A model generated the notes under the pieces. The model did not search any database, was not told the origin of the DNA, and worked only from the letters and a program-made list of their open reading frames with translations. Positions 58,276 to 64,000 of a stretch of 64,000 bases of DNA are shown piece by piece. The translations under genes and the position numbers were made by a program. How positions within the stretch are numbered: the first letter of the stretch is position 1; every line of letters starts with the position of its first letter. Origin of the DNA: Chloroflexota bacterium (GTDB lineage: Bacteria > Chloroflexota > Anaerolineae > JAAYEA01); assembly GCA_036841525.1 (NCBI GenBank), contig DAITVZ010000002.1, positions 5,693 to 69,692 of the forward strand, written 5' to 3'.

Positions 58276-59100
58276 ATGCCCGAGCTGCCCGACCTCGAAG
58301 TGCTCCGCGAGCGCCTGGCCCCCCGCCTGGTGGGCCAGATCATCGCCGGCGTCCGCGTGCGCCGCCCCCTGATCGTGCGCAATCTCCTAGGCGGCGAGCT
58401 GTACGACCGGCTGTCCAACCAGGTGTTCGCGGAGGTGGCTCGTCGGGGCAAGTTCTTGCTCTTGCGGCTCAATGGCGGGCTCACCCTCGTGGTGAACCCC
58501 ATGCTCGCCGGGCGGCTTCGCTACGGGCCGCCCCTGCCCCGCGATCGCGCCCGCGACGCCCTGATTCTGTCCCTGGGCAATGGCCAGGAGCTGCGTTACC
58601 ACGACGCCAAAGACATGGGCAAGGTCTACCTGACGAAGGACCTCGAGCAGGTGCCCACCTACGCGGGCCTGGGGCCCGAAGCCGACGACCCGGCCGTCAC
58701 TCTGGATATCTTTGCCGAGCGGCTGCGCAGGCATCCCGGCGAGATCAAGACCGCGCTGCTCAGCCAGCGCTTCCTCGCCGGCATCGGCAACGCCTATGCG
58801 GACGAGATCCTCTGGCGAACCGGGCTCTATCCCTTTCGCCGGGTCAACAGCTTGAGCGCCGCTGAGGTCGCCGCGCTGTTCACCGCCATGCGGGAGGCCT
58901 TGGCGGAGGCCATCTCGATCCTGCGAGAGCGAGTGGGCGAGGAGACCGATGTGGAGGTTCGCGACTTTATGTCGGTGCATGGCAAGGCCGGCCAGCCGTG
59001 CCCCCGCTGCGGCAGCCCCATCAGCGAGGTCACCCGGGAGCGCCGCGCGACGCATTTCTGCCGGACCTGCCAGCCGGGGCTGCTCGTGGGCAGGGGTTAG
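58276..59100 (+). CDS. Fpg/Nei family DNA glycosylase (formamidopyrimidine-DNA glycosylase-like)
   Basis: N-terminal MPELPDLEV (catalytic Pro2/Glu3), an H2TH region and a C-terminal zinc finger CPRCGSPI...CRTCQ. Confidence 0.85.
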   Translation: MPELPDLEVLRERLAPRLVGQIIAGVRVRRPLIVRNLLGGELYDRLSNQVFAEVARRGKFLLLRLNGGLTLVVNPMLAGRLRYGPPLPRDRARDALILSLGNGQELRYHDAKDMGKVYLTKDLEQVPTYAGLGPEADDPAVTLDIFAERLRRHPGEIKTALLSQRFLAGIGNAYADEILWRTGLYPFRRVNSLSAAEVAALFTAMREALAEAISILRERVGEETDVEVRDFMSVHGKAGQPCPRCGSPISEVTRERRATHFCRTCQPGLLVGRG

Positions 59101-59199
59101 GACACATCGTCTCTCGCGGTGAGCCAGAGCGGGCGCCGCGCCTTCTCACTCCTATACCAGATGTCACATTTCGAGATCACGATACCGTGGAGGATCACC

Positions 59200-60051
59200 A
59201 TGCGCATTGGAATCATGGCCCGCACCTTTGTCCGTCCCACCCTGCAGGAGAACCTGGATGCCGTCCAGGCCCACAGTATTCGCTGTGTGCAGTACGGCTT
59301 TAGCTGCGCGGGGCTCCCCGAGATGCCCGAGCGGATCGATCCGGCGCTCTGCGACCTCATTCGGCGCGAGATGGAGGCGCGAGGCATCACCATGTCCGCC
59401 ATCTCGGGAACCTTCAACATGATCCACCCCGACCTGGGGGTCCGGCAGGATGGGCTGCGGCGGCTCGAGGCGCTCGCCGCCGCTTGCGGGCGCCTCGGGA
59501 CGTCCGTTATCACCCTCTGCACCGGCACGCGCAACCTCGAAAGCATGTGGCGGCGTCACCCCGACAACGATTCTGCGGAGGCTTGGCGGGATATGCTCGC
59601 CTCCATGGCCCGGGCGCTGCGCAGCGCCGAGGACCACGGCGTCACCCTCGCCTTCGAGCCAGAGGTGTCCAACGTGGTCGATTCGGCGCACAAGGCCCGC
59701 CGGCTGCTCGATGAGATGCGCTCGCCTTACCTCAAGGTGGTGATGGACGCGGCCAACATCTTTCACGCGGGGGAGCTGGTGCGGATGCGCGAGATCGTGG
59801 ATGAGGCGTTCGACCTGCTCGGCGGCGACGTGGCCCTAGCCCACGCCAAGGACCTCGACCGCGACGGTGAGGCAGGGCATATCGCCGCGGGCAAGGGGCG
59901 GCTCGACTATGATCAGTATCTCTCCAGGCTCGCCGCCCTGCCTGGCGACCTGTCGCTGATCCTGCACGGGCTAGCCGAGAGCGAGGTAGACGGCTGCGTT
60001 GCCTTCCTGGCGGCCAGCCCGCATCTCTCCCGAGCGGACACGCCAGTCTGA
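59200..60051 (+). CDS. sugar phosphate isomerase/epimerase (xylose isomerase-like TIM barrel)
   Basis: AP-endo-2/XI-like TIM-barrel blocks (VTLAFEPE, VVMDAANIF, LAHAKD). ATG at 59200 with a GTGGAGGA ribosome-binding site. Confidence 0.8.
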   Translation: MRIGIMARTFVRPTLQENLDAVQAHSIRCVQYGFSCAGLPEMPERIDPALCDLIRREMEARGITMSAISGTFNMIHPDLGVRQDGLRRLEALAAACGRLGTSVITLCTGTRNLESMWRRHPDNDSAEAWRDMLASMARALRSAEDHGVTLAFEPEVSNVVDSAHKARRLLDEMRSPYLKVVMDAANIFHAGELVRMREIVDEAFDLLGGDVALAHAKDLDRDGEAGHIAAGKGRLDYDQYLSRLAALPGDLSLILHGLAESEVDGCVAFLAASPHLSRADTPV

Positions 60052-60070
60052 GCCCAACGCGCCGGGAGCT

Positions 60071-60943
60071 CTACACCATCTCGAGCATGTATCGCCCCAG
60101 CTCGTACGTCCGGCGCACCGCGCCGTCCCGCAGCGGATCGGGCAGCGGTCGGATCGCGGAGGCGACCTCGAAGGTAAAGTCACCTCCATAGTGGATCGCC
60201 CGCAAGGCCTCCAGCACGACCGGCCACTGGATGGTGCCCGTGTACGGCAGCAAGTGCTGGTCGGATCGGCCATCGTTGTCCTGGATGTGCACGGCCTTCA
60301 GCCGATCCCCCAGCGCGCGGATCGCTGCGCCCTGGTCCAGGCGCTGTATATGCGCGTGCCCGGTGTCCCAGCAGATTCCTACCCGAGACGAGCGAAAGCC
60401 ATCCACCAAGTCGATCAGCTCGGCGGTGCCGGCGCAGTAGAGCCGGCGCATCCCGCGGCTTTCGGCGTAACCCTCGTTGATGTTCTCCAGCGCCAGGCCC
60501 ACCCCGGCGCGATCCGCCGTCGGCAACAGCGCGCCGAACCAATCCAGGTTGCGCTGCTTGAGCCCGGCCAGGTGCGCGGCGTCCCAGGCGCCGGGATAGC
60601 TCTCGGGCTCAAAGACCACCCAGGGCGCGCCGATGATCCCCGCCCCCTCAATGGAGCGGTGGCTCATCTCCGTGAGCCAGCAACAGCGCTCGTCGCCGAC
60701 GAACTTGGCAAAGATGGGGCCGTGGGACTGGCTGAAACTGACGCCGAGCTCATCGGCCCGGCGCCGAATCTCGTGCAGCCACTCTCGCCACCCTTCGCCG
60801 ATAAACGGCGAGCCCTGGTGGGTCCAGTCCGTAAAGTTGAAATCGAGGTGGCGGAAGCCAGCGGCGACGCAGCGTTCCATTGCCTGGAGCTGCGTCACCC
60901 GCGAAGGGTCATAGAGCACGTTCAGCGAGGTCGAGAGATCCAT
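60071..60943 (-). CDS. sugar phosphate isomerase/epimerase (xylose isomerase-like TIM barrel)
   Basis: TIM-barrel blocks (GLALENI, ICWDTGHAHI, HIQDNDG). Start at MDLSTSL with an AGGAGGAAG ribosome-binding site, 105 nt inside the tool ORF. Confidence 0.8.
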   Translation of the reverse strand: MDLSTSLNVLYDPSRVTQLQAMERCVAAGFRHLDFNFTDWTHQGSPFIGEGWREWLHEIRRRADELGVSFSQSHGPIFAKFVGDERCCWLTEMSHRSIEGAGIIGAPWVVFEPESYPGAWDAAHLAGLKQRNLDWFGALLPTADRAGVGLALENINEGYAESRGMRRLYCAGTAELIDLVDGFRSSRVGICWDTGHAHIQRLDQGAAIRALGDRLKAVHIQDNDGRSDQHLLPYTGTIQWPVVLEALRAIHYGGDFTFEVASAIRPLPDPLRDGAVRRTYELGRYMLEMV

Positions 60944-61086
60944 GCTTCCTCCTGCGATAGCCGCGCCAACCAGGGCCAGTGCCTTAATGCGCAGTCGCAC
61001 CGCGTCCGAGGCATCCCATAAGCAATGACTCCTACCGGCCTGAGGCACAGTAGGAGCCAGGAGACAAGCGAGAGAACGGGACGTTT

Positions 61087-61162
61087 TGGCGCGCCCGGCA
61101 GGACTCGAACCTGCAGCCTGCTGATTCGAAGTCAGACGCTCTGTCCTTTGAGCTACGGGCGC
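61087..61162 (-). tRNA. tRNA-Arg (anticodon UCG), 76 nt with genome-encoded CCA
   Basis: The reverse complement folds as a cloverleaf: acceptor GCGCCCG/CGGGCGC; D-arm GCTC-AAAGGACA-GAGC; anticodon stem-loop TCTGA-CTTCGAA-TCAGC (anticodon TCG); 5-nt variable loop; T-arm GCAGG-TTCGAGT-CCTGC; discriminator G then CCA. Confidence 0.85.
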
Positions 61163-61282
61163 GCGGCAGGTACGGGCGCATTATAGCACCCTTGCCGCCC
61201 GGCGGCAAATCCCTCCCTGGCTTTGCCCTCAACCGGATTCCGTGCTATCCTGCACCCTGACCAGTACATCAAGGAGGACAAG

Positions 61283-62050
61283 ATGGGCGTCTATGAGGAT
61301 TTCGCCGAGTTCTATGCCCAAGGCCCCTATACGCGTTTCAGCGCCAACATGGCTGAGCTGATCCAGCCGGTCCTGGCCAGCTTGGGCGCCTCCCCTTCGA
61401 TGGTGCTCGACGTAGCCTGCGGCGAGGGGACGTTCGCCATCGAGATGGCGCGCAAGGGCTACTTTGTCACGGGCATTGACCGCTCCAGCCGCATGCTTGA
61501 CCTCGCGCAGGCCAAGGCCAAGGCCGCGGGGGTCAAGGTCAATTTCATGCCGCGCAACATGGTTCACCTCATCTTTGACGACTCGTTCGATCTCACCACC
61601 TGCTGGTTCGATAGCCTGAACTATATCTGGACCACCGTCGAGCTGGAGTCCTGTTTTGAAGGGATCTTCCGCGGCCTGCATGCCGGTGGGTGGTTCATCT
61701 TTGACATCAATACCATCTATGGGCTCTCGGTGCGCAACGTCCAGCACCCAGCCCACGTCGAGGTCGACACCCGTGACGCTTTCGCCATCCACCAGCCCAG
61801 CTATGACTATGAGCTAAACATGGCCCAGACCAAGATCACCCTCTTTCGCCGCAAGGGATTGGACTGGGATCGCGTGGAGGAACTCCATATCCAGCATGGC
61901 TTTGCCTGGTACGAGATTCGTAACGCCCTACAGAAGGCGGGGTTCCGCATCGTCGGCAACTGGGGCAGTCTCAGAGACATGAGCCCAGTGGAGAAGAACA
62001 GCCCGCGTATTTGGGTCGCCGCGCAAAAGCCGCCCGCGCAGACCGTCTAG
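61283..62050 (+). CDS. class I SAM-dependent methyltransferase
   Basis: Motif I VLDVACGEGTF, an acidic motif II (GIDRS) and post-I blocks. A promoter-like TTGCCC-17-TATCCT lies upstream. AAGGAGG ribosome-binding site. Confidence 0.8.
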   Translation: MGVYEDFAEFYAQGPYTRFSANMAELIQPVLASLGASPSMVLDVACGEGTFAIEMARKGYFVTGIDRSSRMLDLAQAKAKAAGVKVNFMPRNMVHLIFDDSFDLTTCWFDSLNYIWTTVELESCFEGIFRGLHAGGWFIFDINTIYGLSVRNVQHPAHVEVDTRDAFAIHQPSYDYELNMAQTKITLFRRKGLDWDRVEELHIQHGFAWYEIRNALQKAGFRIVGNWGSLRDMSPVEKNSPRIWVAAQKPPAQTV

Positions 62051-62076
62051 CCGCCACTCCGAGCCCAAGGAGCGCC

Positions 62077-63528
62077 ATGAACCTGGTCATCTTTCTGCCC
62101 GACGAGATGCGCGCCGAGAGCCTGTCCTGCTACGGGCACCCCCTGGTCCGCACTCCCTACTATGATCGGTTATGTGAAGAGGGAGTACGCTTTGACCAAT
62201 GTTATGTCCAGCATACAGTCTGTACTCCATCCCGATGCAGCCTGATGACCGGCTGGTACCCTCATGTGGCCGGGCACCGAACGCTCTGGCACCTGCTCCG
62301 CCCGCACGAGCCCAGCCTGCTCCGCGACCTCAGATCCGCCGGCTACCACATCGAGTGGCACGGCAAGAACGACCTATACTCCCCCGGCTCCTTTCCGCTA
62401 GCCCTGGACACCTACACCCACGAACCCGGTGGGCATGCGGGCCCCAACCCCTATGCCATCGACGACCCGCACTACTACAGCTTTGACTACCGGCCCTTTC
62501 CGGGCAGCCTGCACGAGACGGGCGACATGCGCAACGTGCAAAAGGGCATCGACTTTCTCCATTCGCGAGCGGCCCAGGCCGCGCCATTTGTGCTTTATCT
62601 CCCGCTCTCGATGCCGCACCCCCCTTATGCCGCGCCGGAGCCCTTTCACAGCATGTACGACCCGGCTGACCTGCCGCCGCTGCGCCCAGCCGGCCTGCCC
62701 AACAAGCCCGACTACTATGATCTGATCCGCCGCTACCGCCGTCTGGATGAGCTCGATGAGCCGTTCTTCCGTCGGATTCAGGCCACCTATCTGGGCATGT
62801 GCACCTATTGCGACTGGATGCTGGGCCAGCTCTTGCGCGCCCTGGACGAGTCGGGCCTGGCTGACGATACCGCCCTCATCGTCTCCGCCGATCATGGCGA
62901 CTGGGCTGGCGACTATGGTTTGGTGGAAAAGTGGCCCAGCGCCCTCGACGAGGCGCTCACCCGCGTCCCCCTGATCATCCGCGCGCCCAATGGCAAGGGG
63001 GGCCACGTGGTGCGCGAGCCCATGGAGCTCCTGGACGTCATGGCCACCTGCTATGACCTTGCCGGCGTCAGGCCGCAGCATACCCACTTTTCTCGCTCGC
63101 TCATGCCCCAGCTTGGCGGCGCCGCAGGCGATTCGCGGCGCGCCGTCTTTGCCGAGGGCGGCTACGACCGTCACGAGCCCTTTGCCTTCGAGGGCCGCAC
63201 CGCCAGCCGCGGCGCCTCCCAAGCGATCTTTGCCGATCGTGCCCAGATCTATTACCCCAAGGGCCTGCAACAGCAGGAGCATCCCGATTCGGTCTGCCGC
63301 TCGGTCATGATCCGCCTCGGCGACCACAAGCTGGTGCTGCGCACCCACGGCGTGAACGAGCTCTACGACCTGAAGCGCGACCCGCGCGAGCTGGACAACC
63401 GCTACGACGACCCCGCGCTGGCCTCGATCCGGGCGGATCTGAAGCAACGCCTGCTCGATTGGTATGTGTCCACAGCCGATGTGGTCCCCTGGGACGAGGA
63501 TCCCAGGGGGCTCCCTCCACAAAGGTGA
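62077..63528 (+). CDS. sulfatase (formylglycine-dependent, Cys-type)
   Basis: Signature CTPSRCSLMTG (C-x-P-S-R), GKW-like block HGKNDLY, and the C-terminal sulfatase region. 483 aa. Confidence 0.85.
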   Translation: MNLVIFLPDEMRAESLSCYGHPLVRTPYYDRLCEEGVRFDQCYVQHTVCTPSRCSLMTGWYPHVAGHRTLWHLLRPHEPSLLRDLRSAGYHIEWHGKNDLYSPGSFPLALDTYTHEPGGHAGPNPYAIDDPHYYSFDYRPFPGSLHETGDMRNVQKGIDFLHSRAAQAAPFVLYLPLSMPHPPYAAPEPFHSMYDPADLPPLRPAGLPNKPDYYDLIRRYRRLDELDEPFFRRIQATYLGMCTYCDWMLGQLLRALDESGLADDTALIVSADHGDWAGDYGLVEKWPSALDEALTRVPLIIRAPNGKGGHVVREPMELLDVMATCYDLAGVRPQHTHFSRSLMPQLGGAAGDSRRAVFAEGGYDRHEPFAFEGRTASRGASQAIFADRAQIYYPKGLQQQEHPDSVCRSVMIRLGDHKLVLRTHGVNELYDLKRDPRELDNRYDDPALASIRADLKQRLLDWYVSTADVVPWDEDPRGLPPQR

Positions 63529-63547
63529 ACCGCGCCGCGGAGGCCCG

Positions 63548-64000
63548 ATGATCAGGATCGCCTGCTACCCCAAGTGCTTCGAGTACGAGATCGGCCTGCA
63601 TCACACCATGACCGTCTATGACTGGATCGCCATGGCGCGGGCCGAGCTGCCCGCGGAAGGCCTCGAGATGTACGAGCGCTTTCTGCCCAGCACGGATCGC
63701 GGCGAGGTCGAGCGGCTGCGCGACGCCATCCGGGAGGCGGGGTTTGCCATGCCCATGTTCATCGCTTCCCCCGACCTGGCCCAGCCCGATGCCAGCGCCC
63801 GGCAGAGGGCCGTGGAGCACCAGGCGGCCATGATGCGGGTGGCCGCCCAGTTGGGAGGGCCAGGAGTGGTCTGCCGGGTGCTCTCCGGCCAGTGCCGCCC
63901 GGAGGTGAGTCGCGAACAGGGTGTGGAGTGGGTCGTGGAGTGCATCCTTCAGCTTGTGCCGCTGGCGCGCGAGTTGGATGTGGTGTTGGGCATGGAGAAC
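63548..64000 (+). CDS. sugar phosphate isomerase/epimerase (xylose isomerase-like TIM barrel), 3'-truncated by the window end
   Basis: ATG at 63548; the open frame runs to the window end. MIRIACYPKCFEYEIG...VVLGMEN resembles the N-terminal half of XI-like TIM-barrel proteins. This is the fifth such gene in the window. Confidence 0.55.
   Translation, partial: MIRIACYPKCFEYEIGLHHTMTVYDWIAMARAELPAEGLEMYERFLPSTDRGEVERLRDAIREAGFAMPMFIASPDLAQPDASARQRAVEHQAAMMRVAAQLGGPGVVCRVLSGQCRPEVSREQGVEWVVECILQLVPLARELDVVLGMEN

Overview
High-GC (~67%) bacterial chromosomal window, probably Chloroflexota-like (sigma70-type promoters, AGGAGG ribosome-binding sites, expanded URO-D/MtaA-like paralogs, DUF512 and PF12831-type proteins). 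Two candidate systems stand out: a probable UxxC selenoprotein with an in-frame UGA that the ORF track splits into two ORFs, and a divergent DUF3795/toroid/papain-like/OsmC cluster next to a non-pyrrolysine MttB-family methyltransferase. Neither has been searched against databases. Coding density is high and no mobile elements, CRISPR arrays or rRNA were found. Content in order: (1) a housekeeping operon, the rluB-like 3' end then cmk, plsC, a DUF512/PDZ protein and a GT4 glycosyltransferase; (2) an orphan multi-PAS/GAF hybrid sensor histidine kinase with a near-consensus promoter; (3) two tandem MFS paralogs in the same frame; (4) an extended glycan and sugar-acid utilisation region with lacZ-like GH2, GusA-like GH2 fused to SCP2, GH95 fucosidase, a BNR sialidase-like protein, two Cys-type sulfatases, two PF12831-like FAD oxidoreductases, five xylose-isomerase-like TIM-barrel proteins, an enolase-superfamily dehydratase, a tandem-fused class II aldolase and a CoA-transferase; (5) six URO-D (MtaA/CmuA-like) superfamily paralogs, four of them clustered, and the MttB-family methyltransferase above; (6) the divergent cluster above, encoding a DUF3795 plus alpha/alpha-toroid fusion, a Cys-rich papain-like protein, OsmC and a second toroid paralog; (7) the probable selenoprotein above, in which a TGA at 20140-20142 links two same-frame ORFs through a U-x-x-C motif and is followed by a SECIS-like hairpin; (8) a probable riboswitch leader (c-di-AMP/ydaO-like) with an intrinsic terminator upstream of an APC permease-UspA fusion; (9) one tRNA-Arg(UCG). 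Several intrinsic terminators and sigma70-like promoters are recognisable. CDS coordinates come from the ORF track with starts refined by ribosome-binding site and homology reasoning; non-CDS coordinates were counted by hand and may be off by 1-2 nt.
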